Source: a virus
Taxonomy: Duplodnaviria; Caudoviricetes
DNA length: 64,000 nucleotides
IMG/VR virus record: IMGVR_UViG_3300013105_000843
Coordinates: 65,557 to 129,556 of that record
Strand: one strand, 5' to 3'
Shown here: one piece after another, positions 9,670 to 18,868 of the stretch
Layout of the letters: every line of letters begins with the position of its first letter
Position numbering within the stretch: the stretch's first letter is position 1
Notes under the pieces: model-generated
What the model saw: only the letters and a program-made list of their open reading frames with translations
Databases searched by the model: none
What the model was told of the DNA's origin: nothing
Made by a program: the position numbers and the translations under genes

Positions 9670-9744
9670 GTCGGCTTCTCCTTGGTTGAACGCCTACCAA
9701 GAAATGGCAGCCAGCGCGGAAAACCGGCAACGCGAAGCACCGAA

Positions 9745-9774
9745 AAATGAAAAACCCCGTTTGCACGGGGTCTT
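9745..9774 (-). terminator. Rho-independent terminator
   Basis: ACCCCGT-GCAA-ACGGGGT followed by T runs on the minus strand. Confidence 0.7.
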
Positions 9775-9813
9775 GAGAGTCGAAGTTGCTTTGTCCGGTC
9801 CTGCGTCATTCAG

Positions 9814-10110
9814 CTATGCCCCGGGTATGCGCTGTCGTCCGCGCGGCGGCTGCCGCACGTGCCGCTGCGCAAACTTCTGATACCAGTTCAGGTTCTCGGT
9901 CAGCGCAACCGACTCCTTCACCTCCGCAAGGCGGGGATACACCAGCGGCGGAACCGGTACGTCTTCGCCGAGCGCTCGCAGTGCCTCAGGCACGTTGTGC
10001 GCCGTGACGACTTCATAGCCGTGGGCCCGCAGCGCCTGCACGATGGCAGCGGCCGCAGCGGCAGAGTCCACCACCAGGATGCGCTCCATCGTTTTTGTAT
10101 CTGCGTCCAT
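9814..10110 (-). CDS. Truncated response-regulator receiver-like protein
   Basis: RILVVD...ALRAHGYEVVTAHNVPEAL resembles the first part of a REC domain; GGAGG RBS. Confidence 0.6.
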   Translation of the reverse strand: MDADTKTMERILVVDSAAAAAAIVQALRAHGYEVVTAHNVPEALRALGEDVPVPPLVYPRLAEVKESVALTENLNWYQKFAQRHVRQPPRGRQRIPGA

Positions 10111-10180
10111 TTGTATTTCCTCCACTGAAGGTTTAGACGCAGTCGTATAGGCACGCACGCCGCGGCGTCGTGGGCATGCG

Positions 10181-11350
10181 CTAGTTGCCTTCCGTCTCGG
10201 CGGGGAGCCAGGCGAGATAGCGCTCGCGGTTGTCGGGCCGGAAGTAGCCGCGGCCCGCCACCTCGTCAAAGAGCTTGCGCATGTCGTCCAGCATCCTGCG
10301 CCGTGCCGGCGCGGGCAGCAGGCCAAAGCCGTGGTTCAGGCAGATGGCCATACTGCAAAGCAATGCGCGGTCGGGTTCATCCGGCAATGCTGCTGCGGGG
10401 TGCTGACGCAGGTACTCGAGCCGGCTCGCGTCAATCGCATCACCGCTATAGCCCGTGCGGCGCAACAGCGTCGCGGCACGCTCGAGCGCGTGGTCGATGC
10501 AGACAGCAATCGCCTCGCCGGGGCTCGGCGTCCACGCGGTGGCGGGCGCTGGCTCGCCCACCGGTGGGACCGGACGAATCTCGCATTCGCGCAACTCACA
10601 TGAATCTGGCGCGCGTTCGATGATGAACGGCGCGCCGCCGTCTTTCGGCGTGCACTCGTAGCGCTGTACAGCGCTGTCACTGGCGTGCGCAGCGATAAAG
10701 CGCTGCACGGCCGCATCGATGGCGGCATAGTCGGTCGACGCGAGCAACGACTCGTTTTCCCGAGCCCACTTCAGCAAGTCCTCCGCCGTAGTTCGGGTCA
10801 GCCCCGCGATGACCAGCTCGATTTCGGCGAATACCCGGTAGCGGCAGTCCTGCCGATGATGCTCGATGTGCGGTGTCTTGGTAAGGCACGTGCAGGCGGC
10901 CGCCTGGGCCATGCGCACCTCGCGGAGGTGGCGCCCCGCGAGCCGAAACAAACCTTCTGCACCCGGTATGGCAGGCGCGCCGAGCGTGGACTGCTCATGG
11001 CCGCGATGTCGGTCTGCAGCCGGGCGATGAGCCCAGCCGCGCCATGCGTGTTCGGTCGCATCGTTCCAGAACGTCGCCGGGCCCACTCCCGTCAACGTGG
11101 TGATGCCTCCTTTCTCCGCGCACGTCGTCAGGTCGTATCCCTGGCCACGCGCGAACTGCCTGAAGTCATCATAGACGACGCTGGGGGTACGTGCTTTCGC
11201 CACACGGCTGTGCGCCGCGCGTTCACGGTCCAGAGCAATCAGTTCGCGCACGCGCGCAGCAGAAAACATAGCGCGGCCGTCAGCAAGCTGGGGGTCAAGC
11301 GATGTCCAGTCGGTTGATGCCTGCGGGTATCCCGGCTCGTTGTTTGTCAT
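10181..11350 (-). CDS. Hypothetical mosaic protein with a CxC..H..C module
   Basis: 389-aa ORF with GGAG RBS. Confidence 0.6.
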   Translation of the reverse strand: MTNNEPGYPQASTDWTSLDPQLADGRAMFSAARVRELIALDRERAAHSRVAKARTPSVVYDDFRQFARGQGYDLTTCAEKGGITTLTGVGPATFWNDATEHAWRGWAHRPAADRHRGHEQSTLGAPAIPGAEGLFRLAGRHLREVRMAQAAACTCLTKTPHIEHHRQDCRYRVFAEIELVIAGLTRTTAEDLLKWARENESLLASTDYAAIDAAVQRFIAAHASDSAVQRYECTPKDGGAPFIIERAPDSCELRECEIRPVPPVGEPAPATAWTPSPGEAIAVCIDHALERAATLLRRTGYSGDAIDASRLEYLRQHPAAALPDEPDRALLCSMAICLNHGFGLLPAPARRRMLDDMRKLFDEVAGRGYFRPDNRERYLAWLPAETEGN

Positions 11351-11365
11351 CCGAATGCTCCAAGC

Positions 11366-11695
11366 TTATTTTGTGGGCGGAGTCTCGCCGGGCTCCGCCG
11401 AACGCAGCACATAGCACTCGCCCAGCTGGGATGTGATTTGTCCGGTGTCACTCAATTTCCAGCACGATGCCCCGGCGCTCTTAACTCCCCCGTTGACGAT
11501 GCGAATCGGTGGCTGACCTGCCGCGCTGCTAGCGGCTATGCCCGGCGCTGGCCGTTGCTCGCTATAGAGTGTCACCACCGTGACAGCGCTTCCGCTGGGC
11601 GCGATAGCCGTTGCCGGCTCAGCAGCGATGGCTGCGGTCATCATGCAAAGCAGGCAAACACCTGCAGGCAGAACGGAGCTGTTTCGAGTCATCAT
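11366..11695 (-). CDS. Hypothetical exported protein
   Basis: Signal-peptide-like N-terminus ending in AIA-A. Confidence 0.55.
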   Translation of the reverse strand: MMTRNSSVLPAGVCLLCMMTAAIAAEPATAIAPSGSAVTVVTLYSEQRPAPGIAASSAAGQPPIRIVNGGVKSAGASCWKLSDTGQITSQLGECYVLRSAEPGETPPTK

Positions 11696-11836
11696 CTGAG
11701 GATGTATCTTGGTTAGCTAAAGCGGATTAATCCACCTCGGCGGCGGCTTTCATACCGTTTGACCTGATTTTGTCGAGCCGATACTTCACTTTGTTGCCGA
11801 GTTAGCGCATGGCGTGTTTCTGCGGTGAAGTTAAAA

Positions 11837-11864
11837 ATTCTACGCGCTATGCGCAGCTTGTCAA
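11837..11864 (-). promoter_or_regulatory. Sigma70-like promoter
   Basis: TTGACA-16-TAGAAT on the minus strand. Confidence 0.6.
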
Positions 11865-11980
11865 GCAATGAACATGTGTATTTTGTTGTATAACTGGTAT
11901 GCTGCCGCATCGAGAGACATGACCGCCGGCCCATTGCGCACGGAAACCGAGTCGCTTTACCCATTTCCCACCCGGACTAA

Positions 11981-12008
11981 TTGACAATCAATCGATTAAG
12001 GCTATATT
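11981..12008 (+). promoter_or_regulatory. Sigma70-like promoter of the PspA/DUF2491-like operon
   Basis: TTGACA-16-TATATT. Confidence 0.65.
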
Positions 12009-12044
12009 ATTCTTGCACCTTCACCGCTCATCCCGGAGTACAAC

Positions 12045-12878
12045 ATGAAGTTTCCGCGCCTGTTGGCCGTGGCGACCGCGCTCGCCCTGGCCGTCTCGCC
12101 CCTGACGTGGGCCAAGGGTTCTGGCTTCAGCTCGAGCCGCTCGTCGTCGTCTTTCAGCCGCTCTTACAGTTCGTACAGCTCCAGTTCGTACAGCCCGAGC
12201 CGTTCCAGTTCGTCCTGGTCGTCCAGTCCGTCGTCGACCTCTTCCGCAAGCCGCAGCTCGGGATTCGGTTCGGGAGCCAGTTCATCCGGCAAGAGCGCCG
12301 CCGCAACCGGGCTCGGCAGCACGCTGTATGCCGCGCATGCGAGCAAGGCCGCCGCCGACACCTACACCCGACAGTCGAGTGCGGGCTCTGACACCGGGAG
12401 CGCACGCCCCTCTGGCAGCCAGATGGCAAGCAACCAGTCGGCATCCGGTTACGCCGCGGCTCCGAGCCGCTCAGCGAACTACCAGCCGACCGAAGTGCAT
12501 CACTACCACACGGTCGACACCTCGAGCAGCTCGAACAATTTCCTGCTGGGCTACATGCTCGGTCGCTCCGGCGAGCGCCACGACACGGTGGTCGTCCAAC
12601 AGGCGCCTGCTCCGCAGTACGCACCGGCGCAGTACACACCGCAACCCGCAGGCGTGGTGACGCCGGAAGGGGTTCAACCGGCCGCCGCGCACGCGCAGCC
12701 GGCAAGCGACCCCGGTGTCGCCGCTTCTGAAAAGGCCCGCCAGTCGGACTTCCACTTCATGGGGGTGGTGGTCTGGATGCTGGTCCTCGGTGGCGTCGCT
12801 TTCGTGAGCTACCAGGCGTTCAAGCGCTGGTCGGTCCGCAAGGCTCGCTATACCTCGACGAACCACTACAAACTGTAA
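12045..12878 (+). CDS. Ser/Gly-rich exported, membrane-anchored protein
   Basis: Signal peptide, low-complexity Ser tract, FLLGYMLGR motif (DUF1190-like), C-terminal TM helix. Confidence 0.75.
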   Translation: MKFPRLLAVATALALAVSPLTWAKGSGFSSSRSSSSFSRSYSSYSSSSYSPSRSSSSWSSSPSSTSSASRSSGFGSGASSSGKSAAATGLGSTLYAAHASKAAADTYTRQSSAGSDTGSARPSGSQMASNQSASGYAAAPSRSANYQPTEVHHYHTVDTSSSSNNFLLGYMLGRSGERHDTVVVQQAPAPQYAPAQYTPQPAGVVTPEGVQPAAAHAQPASDPGVAASEKARQSDFHFMGVVVWMLVLGGVAFVSYQAFKRWSVRKARYTSTNHYKL

Positions 12879-12886
12879 GGAGCCGC

Positions 12887-13684
12887 ATGGGAATCTTTAA
12901 CCTCGCGGGCCGCGTGCTCGACAAGAAACTCGACGATGCAGCTCGCGCGCATGCGCCGAAGCTCGACCGTGTCGACACGGGGCTGCCGTTCAACGCGCAA
13001 ATCGGCGCCCTGCTCGAAGTGCCGCGCACCGATTTCGCGGTGCTCTCGGGTTCGCTGCTGACCGTGCCGAAAAGCGCTCAGCTGCCCCTCGTGGCCGTGA
13101 GTCGCGTGCATCTGAACGTCGACGATGACCTCGCGCTGTTCCGGCTCTACACCGACACGGGCGCCGACCGCTCGGGAGCCGGCCAGAGCTTCCTGCAGGT
13201 GCTCTGCCGCGCCAGCAATGTCGACGACATTCGTGACCTCACGTACTACCAGTTCCTGTGTCGCCAGTATCCCGTCAGCGATGAGGAGCAGGCGCCGTTT
13301 CGCGGTGAAGGTTTCGGCCTTGGCGAAGTGAACTACGAAATGGCCGAGGACCAGCTCGCCACCATCCAGCAGGCCGCCGGCAACATCAGCGCGCTCCTGG
13401 CGGGTGCCGAATCGCTGAGTTTCACGCGCGACGCGCCGGGCGGCGACTACGTGACGCCCTATACCGGTCGCGAGAACCGCCTCGACGATGCCGTCGGTGA
13501 GAAGGGGCTGACCAAGCAGCTGTCCTTCATGCCCTACGTGCGCGACCTCGATGGCGGCCGCCAGGAGCGCCTGCTGATTTCGTTCGACTACATCCGGAGC
13601 ATGGACGGCAAGTCCGCGCCGGCCGTGTACGTCGATTTCCTGGCCGGGCTCGCGCTCGACCGCAACAAGGTAAAGGTCCTCTGA
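12887..13684 (+). CDS. DUF2491 (YjfK)-like protein
   Basis: Overall resemblance recalled, not searched (GLPF..IG, RLY, FLQV, ERLLI); AGGAG RBS; adjacent to a PspA-like gene. Confidence 0.55.
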   Translation: MGIFNLAGRVLDKKLDDAARAHAPKLDRVDTGLPFNAQIGALLEVPRTDFAVLSGSLLTVPKSAQLPLVAVSRVHLNVDDDLALFRLYTDTGADRSGAGQSFLQVLCRASNVDDIRDLTYYQFLCRQYPVSDEEQAPFRGEGFGLGEVNYEMAEDQLATIQQAAGNISALLAGAESLSFTRDAPGGDYVTPYTGRENRLDDAVGEKGLTKQLSFMPYVRDLDGGRQERLLISFDYIRSMDGKSAPAVYVDFLAGLALDRNKVKVL

Positions 13685-13728
13685 CACAGCGGACCACTCA
13701 TCCCCCAACTTTTCGCAAGGAGACTTTC

Positions 13729-14481
13729 ATGTCCGGCTGGAAACTGACTGCTGCACTCATCACGAAACACGTCGGCGTGCTCGGCGACAAGCTCGCCACC
13801 GCCATCGCCGGCTTCGACCCGGAGACCGCGACGCAGGTCGACCGGGACAACCTGCAGGCGAAACTGCGCGAGGTGGCGCTGAAGCTCGCGGATGCGAAGC
13901 ACAAAAACGACGCCGCGCAGAAGACCGCGACCGACCTGGCCGCCAGCATCGCGAACGACGCGAAAACGGCCGAAATCCTCATCGCCAAGTTCGACAAGAA
14001 GGAAATCGACGAGGCGATGCTCAACGAGTTCGCGAACAACCTCGAGGCCGACAAGGCGCGCCTGCCGGGTATCCAGCAGGATGCAGCCTCCGCGCAGCAG
14101 TTGGTCGACACGCTGCAGGAAATCCTCAACACGGTCGAGCAGAACCTCAACGAGTTCGACGCGAAGGCCAAGGCAGCGATGCGCAACCTCGAGCAGGCGC
14201 GCGCCGACGAGCAACGCGCGGAGATGCAACAGCAGCAGCAGGCCGAACTGAGCGAGCTGCGCTCGAGCGTCGGCGGCACATCGACGGGGTTGGCCGCGTT
14301 GAACCGTGCGGCCGACAAGGCGCGCGTGCAGGCGGACGCCGCGCAGACCGTCGCCGACATCGGCCAGAAGCCGATTGACCGCGCGAACGTCATCGAGGAA
14401 GCCCGCAGCATCGCCGCGGGCGACGCGCCGGCGGCCACCGAGTCGACCGCGGACCGCCTGCGCCGCATCGCCGGCAAGTAA
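13729..14481 (+). CDS. PspA/IM30-like coiled-coil protein
   Basis: 250 aa, N-terminal amphipathic helix, long heptad coiled coils, C-terminal DRLRRI; AGGAG RBS. Confidence 0.6.
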   Translation: MSGWKLTAALITKHVGVLGDKLATAIAGFDPETATQVDRDNLQAKLREVALKLADAKHKNDAAQKTATDLAASIANDAKTAEILIAKFDKKEIDEAMLNEFANNLEADKARLPGIQQDAASAQQLVDTLQEILNTVEQNLNEFDAKAKAAMRNLEQARADEQRAEMQQQQQAELSELRSSVGGTSTGLAALNRAADKARVQADAAQTVADIGQKPIDRANVIEEARSIAAGDAPAATESTADRLRRIAGK

Positions 14482-14545
14482 GCCGGGCGTTCCTGGCATG
14501 GCCGGCTTACTTGCCGGTCGAGCCAGCGTTCAGCGCTTTGCACAC

Positions 14546-14577
14546 AACCCACCGGGACCCCGGTGGGTTTTTCTTTT
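14546..14577 (+). terminator. Rho-independent terminator
   Basis: AACCCACCGG...CCGGTGGGTT followed by a T run. Confidence 0.8.
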
Positions 14578-14593
14578 ACTCCAAAAAATTAAC

Positions 14594-14622
14594 TTGACCA
14601 TATAGCTATTTCGCAGCATACT
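14594..14622 (+). promoter_or_regulatory. Sigma70-like promoter
   Basis: TTGACC-17-CATACT. Confidence 0.55.
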
Positions 14623-14678
14623 GTTTTCGAAATGGAGTATCCCCGTGGCCGTGTGCCGGCCGTCCCAGGAGAGAATCG

Positions 14679-15452
14679 ATGACCCAGCTGCAAATGAGTG
14701 AATTCGTGAACCAGAAAAAGGCCGCCCTCATCAAGTGGGCGATTATCGGCGCATGCTGCGTGGTCGCTGCCCCGGCCGCGCTGATGGTGCTCAAGGGCGT
14801 GGTCGCGCTGGCCGTGGCCGGTGTGGTGGGCGCGGGCAGCATTTTCTTCGCTCCGGTCGTGGCCCAGCGAATGGCGATTCAGCGGGTCAAGATGGAAGTC
14901 AGGAGCGCCGAAGAGAACCCCATCGAGACGCTGCAGAACGAATACATCCAGATGCAGAAGGACGCAGAGTCCTTCGAGAAGGAAGTGACGGCGTTCGCCG
15001 CGGAGGTCGACAGCTTCGCGCAGCAGACGCAGGAATACAAGAAGGAGTACCCGGACGACGCCAAGTTGTTCGAGGACCAGTTGACGGCAATGCGCACCCT
15101 CCAGACGTACAAAGAAGGGAAGTTCAAGCAGGCGCAGGCCGACCTGCACACGTTCGACGGCGTCGTGAAGCGCGCCAAGGCGATGTGGAAAATGGCGCTG
15201 TCGGCCAAGCGCATGAATGAAATCGCCGGCCGGCAGAGCGTCGATGTGTTCTCGCAAATCCGCAAGGACACCTCGCTCGACACCGTGCGCCAGGCGACGT
15301 ACCAGTCGTTCGCGGAAGTGCGAACCGCCCTGCTGAAGAAGGTGGACATGCCGGGGGCCGGCGGGCAAGCCAAGCTTGCCGCCCCGCAGCCGCCGCAAAC
15401 GCTCGGGTTGGTGGGTGATATCGCCCAGAAACAACCGAACGTCAACCAGTAA
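14679..15452 (+). CDS. Membrane-anchored coiled-coil protein (possibly PspA/Snf7-like)
   Basis: Two N-terminal hydrophobic helices, then NPIETL and a long coiled coil; AGGAG RBS. Confidence 0.7.
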   Translation: MTQLQMSEFVNQKKAALIKWAIIGACCVVAAPAALMVLKGVVALAVAGVVGAGSIFFAPVVAQRMAIQRVKMEVRSAEENPIETLQNEYIQMQKDAESFEKEVTAFAAEVDSFAQQTQEYKKEYPDDAKLFEDQLTAMRTLQTYKEGKFKQAQADLHTFDGVVKRAKAMWKMALSAKRMNEIAGRQSVDVFSQIRKDTSLDTVRQATYQSFAEVRTALLKKVDMPGAGGQAKLAAPQPPQTLGLVGDIAQKQPNVNQ

Positions 15453-15477
15453 GTTCACACACTGATAAGGCAAAGCC

Positions 15478-16596
15478 ATGTTGAAAAAAGCTCTCGGCGC
15501 CGTCGTGGTGCTTTTCGTGATGGCCCTTGCGTGGTTCTTCACGCAGGGCCCCGGCGCACTGATGCTGCAAGGCCGCATGTCGCCTGTGCAACCGGTTGCG
15601 ACTGCGGCCCCCGCGCTCGCCCCCGCTCCCGTGACGCCGCCGGGATTCCAGCCGGCTGCTGATGCGCTTCAGTCCATCAAGACGAACGGCATCGTGCGCG
15701 TGTCGAACCAGAATCCGAGCGAGCCGTTCTACGGCGTGGCCAGTGGCGTACCGCACGGCTTCAACGTCGATTTCGCCAAGCTGCTGTTCGCAGACCCGTC
15801 GTTCGCCTCGCCGTCCCGTCCGGGCATCACGGTGGACTTCAACCACAGTGTCGACACCTACGCGGGCGTGCCGCAGCAGCTGTTGGCCAAGGACAGCGCG
15901 GGCAATGCCACGGTCGACGTCGCGATGGACGGCCTGACGTTCGCCGACAACAGCCCGGCGGGCGTCGTCTACACGCTGCCGTACATCGACGATTTCGGCT
16001 ACGCCCTGATTGTCCAGCGTGGCTCGGCCATCCACTCCGTCAGCGACCTCGCTGGCAAGAAGGTCGGCATCCTGAAGGGAGACCCGGACGTCAAGGCGTA
16101 CGTGGCCCGTCAGCTGCCCGGCGTGACATTCGTCGAGGTGGACGACGCTGACCCGGCCTTCATTCCGAAGGCGGTTGACAGCCACACGGTGGACGCGTTC
16201 ATCTACGACTACCCGTTCGCGGTGGAATCCATCAAGGGCTCAGACCTGCAGTTTGCGGCGACCAAGCTCGACGGCTCGAACATCGCATACAAGATTGGCG
16301 TGCGCACGCAGGACCAGTCGCTGCTGATTTACCTGAACGCTGCTATCGCGAAGCTCAAGCAGTCGCCGCAGTACCTCGAGCTGCTGCGCAAATATTTCGT
16401 CAGCAACCAGACGGTGACGACGGCCGCGACCCCCGGCGAACGGGTGTACGTGGTCAAGCAGGGGGACACGCTGAACCTGATTGCGGCGAACGTGCTGGGC
16501 AGTGGCCAGCGCTTCCGCGAGATTCAGCGGCGAAACAATCTCGCCAACCCGAACCTCATTCTGGTCGGCCAGCATCTGGTCATTCCGGTGCGCTGA
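15478..16596 (+). CDS. Family-3 solute-binding domain fused to a C-terminal LysM domain
   Basis: GFNVDFAK, DLAGKKVG and VDAFIYD (SBP_bac_3); YVVKQGDTL..IA...NPNLILVGQHLVIP (LysM). Confidence 0.9.
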   Translation: MLKKALGAVVVLFVMALAWFFTQGPGALMLQGRMSPVQPVATAAPALAPAPVTPPGFQPAADALQSIKTNGIVRVSNQNPSEPFYGVASGVPHGFNVDFAKLLFADPSFASPSRPGITVDFNHSVDTYAGVPQQLLAKDSAGNATVDVAMDGLTFADNSPAGVVYTLPYIDDFGYALIVQRGSAIHSVSDLAGKKVGILKGDPDVKAYVARQLPGVTFVEVDDADPAFIPKAVDSHTVDAFIYDYPFAVESIKGSDLQFAATKLDGSNIAYKIGVRTQDQSLLIYLNAAIAKLKQSPQYLELLRKYFVSNQTVTTAATPGERVYVVKQGDTLNLIAANVLGSGQRFREIQRRNNLANPNLILVGQHLVIPVR

Positions 16597-16658
16597 ACCA
16601 GGCGGCGCGCTACGCACCGACGGCAACCCCTGGTTGCCGTTTACACGATGGAACTGAA

Positions 16659-17153
16659 ATGAAACGACTCGCATTGGTCATGAGCCTTTTCGCAGGCACG
16701 CTCCTCTGTGGCGCGCTTAGTGGCTGTGAGCGTGTCCCGCAGGCTATCGCAACCGCTGGGGCGAAGATTCTCGAGCGCGTCGTCCCATCCGAGTTTGAGC
16801 GGCTGAAGATTGAAGAGGGTGGGTTCGGCTTCGGCAGACACGAGCGTTGCCTCGCGGAGGTATCGCCCGCACATGCGCAGGATTGGCTCGCTGGCGGTGA
16901 CAGCACAATCTGGGCTGTCGGGCCGCGCGATGACTTCCAGATGATGGCTCTCGATGCCGTGAAGAAGAATGGGCGCTGGGTGCTTCTCAGCACGGACGCG
17001 GACCCGGAAAGCATGGACGCAAACGAATTTCAAACCCGCGTGACCGAATGCATCGACAGCCTGCGTGAAGCTCGCGACGCGTCACGCGAGCGTGCGAGGC
17101 AGCAAACTGAAGAAGCAGCGCGCAACCGCCAGACGTGGGCGGCTGCGCGCTGA
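16659..17153 (+). CDS. Putative lipoprotein
   Basis: Lipobox LSGC. Confidence 0.65.
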   Translation: MKRLALVMSLFAGTLLCGALSGCERVPQAIATAGAKILERVVPSEFERLKIEEGGFGFGRHERCLAEVSPAHAQDWLAGGDSTIWAVGPRDDFQMMALDAVKKNGRWVLLSTDADPESMDANEFQTRVTECIDSLREARDASRERARQQTEEAARNRQTWAAAR

Positions 17154-17322
17154 CCATACATTAACCCCTCGAGGAACCCAGCATGTTGAAGAACGGAGTT
17201 ACCCATATGGCGTTGCGCGCCATGAACAGGACGCGCAAGCCGCATGTCGCACAACCGCAACCCGCGCCGGCTCAGCCGGAGGCGCAGGCTGTGCGCCCGT
17301 CGAAGCGCCGTACCGGGCTGTC

Positions 17323-17583
17323 CTATCGGACCTTCGCCGCGCCGTCGCGCGCAGACGAATAAAGCGCTGGCATATCGAGCGTCCCCGCGACGATGGCGTG
17401 CAGCACGTCATCAGAGAGCGCTTTCACGACACCCAGCGAGCGGGCTGCCAGCTCGGTACGCGCCGCCTGGCGCCAGGCGGTTTCGAGCAGCAGGTCGGGC
17501 TCCAGGTCGGGATGGGTCGAAACGTAGCCGGCAAGTGCGCTGCGCGCTTCCTGGCGAATGGTCGCTGGGGTTCTCGTGGTCAT
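17323..17583 (-). CDS. Hypothetical protein
   Basis: Short ORF in a minus-strand run. Confidence 0.5.
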   Translation of the reverse strand: MTTRTPATIRQEARSALAGYVSTHPDLEPDLLLETAWRQAARTELAARSLGVVKALSDDVLHAIVAGTLDMPALYSSARDGAAKVR

Positions 17584-17632
17584 GACTGGAATCAAGGTCG
17601 GGGCACCAGCCGGAAGCCTACACCAATCTGAA

Positions 17633-17839
17633 CTAGAGGCCGGCCGGCATCTTGCCGCTGTTCTGCGCCTGACGCAACACCTCCATCCCCGCGGCTTCCG
17701 CTTCGGCTTTCGTTGGCAGATGGTCAGCCAGGATGGTGCCTTCGTAGGTAATGGCGTACCAGTCCGATTCGGTGCGACATGAGGTCTGCCACCAGACCAC
17801 CCGCCCGTTCACGACCTCTTGCGACATCGTACTGACCAT
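17633..17839 (-). CDS. Hypothetical protein
   Basis: Short ORF with protein-like composition. Confidence 0.5.
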   Translation of the reverse strand: MVSTMSQEVVNGRVVWWQTSCRTESDWYAITYEGTILADHLPTKAEAEAAGMEVLRQAQNSGKMPAGL

Positions 17840-17962
17840 TCATGGACTCCCGTTGATTACTTTCCTTTGACCCGAGGAAAGATATCAGCATGGAGCCCTT
17901 GTGCTCAAGGGAAAAACCCCTGCAGCTGCTGCAGGGGCTTGAGAGCGTCAGGTCTTCCGGCT

Positions 17963-18679
17963 CTAGTTCATCCTGAGCGGACGAACCACCAGTTCGGCGG
18001 GCGTCGCTCCAGTCAACAGCGGTGTTTCCTGGTGGTCGTGCGCATACGCTTCTGCCTTCGCACACTGACGCAGGAAGTCGTGGTACGGCTTGTCACAGCG
18101 CAGTGCGAGCGCACGGTCACGGTGCGCGCTGACCAGGTGCACGAGGTCACCGAACACGTTGCGGTCCGCCAGCAGGCACCAGCCGGTGCCGTCGACCTTG
18201 CGCGCCAGTTCGTGGGCACGTGCCTTCGCCATCTGCAACGGTGTCAACGCGTAACCGCCTTCGGGCAGATGGACCATCACCGCATCGGCGACCGCATCAC
18301 GGATGTACAGATACCCTTCCGCCCGCCCAACCAGTCGTGCGCCCGTAAAGGTCCAGCGTGCCCGGGTAGGCTCCATCTCGAAGACGGAGACCCCCGCGGC
18401 AGCAAGACGCTCCAGCCAGTGCGCGACGGCTTGCCCAGCCAGACCACCATTGGCAAACGGCAGCTGCTCAAGCGCCTTGTTCTTGAACGCCTGCAGCCGG
18501 TAGATGACGTCGTCGACGTCGCCAACCAGATTGCTCATCTTGCCGTCGGCGAGCGCATCCTCCCAGTTCGCAAGCAGCTCGCGTGCGGCGGCGCGCGCGG
18601 CATAGCCAGTCAGTGCGCCGCCTGTCAGTTCGTTTTCAGCGAAAGCACGGATGTCGTTGATGTGCGGGTCAAATTGCAT
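17963..18679 (-). CDS. Hypothetical protein
   Basis: ATG 18679 with GAGGA RBS. Confidence 0.65.
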   Translation of the reverse strand: MQFDPHINDIRAFAENELTGGALTGYAARAAARELLANWEDALADGKMSNLVGDVDDVIYRLQAFKNKALEQLPFANGGLAGQAVAHWLERLAAAGVSVFEMEPTRARWTFTGARLVGRAEGYLYIRDAVADAVMVHLPEGGYALTPLQMAKARAHELARKVDGTGWCLLADRNVFGDLVHLVSAHRDRALALRCDKPYHDFLRQCAKAEAYAHDHQETPLLTGATPAELVVRPLRMN

Positions 18680-18794
18680 TTGGTCCTCTCCAGATGATGC
18701 GGCCGTTCCCATGGGGATTCGGTCCGCGCAGGTTGAACAGATATGTCCACCTGCGTATAGCTTCTGGAAAACCAGCTTCGCGGTGACGCGCCGG

Positions 18795-18816
18795 GTGTGT
18801 GTGTGGTGTGTGTGTG
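18795..18816. repeat. Tandem (GT)5G x2 microsatellite in a divergent intergenic region
   Basis: GTGTGTGTGTG GTGTGTGTGTG. Confidence 0.85.
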
Positions 18817-18868
18817 CGCACCTATACCTCATGGCAAGGCCACAACACATAACCATGAGGATTCGAAC

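Noticed and set aside
12120-12300. Repetitive TCG/AGC-rich DNA as a possible array
   Set aside because: Explained by the poly-Ser coding tract; no repeat-spacer periodicity.
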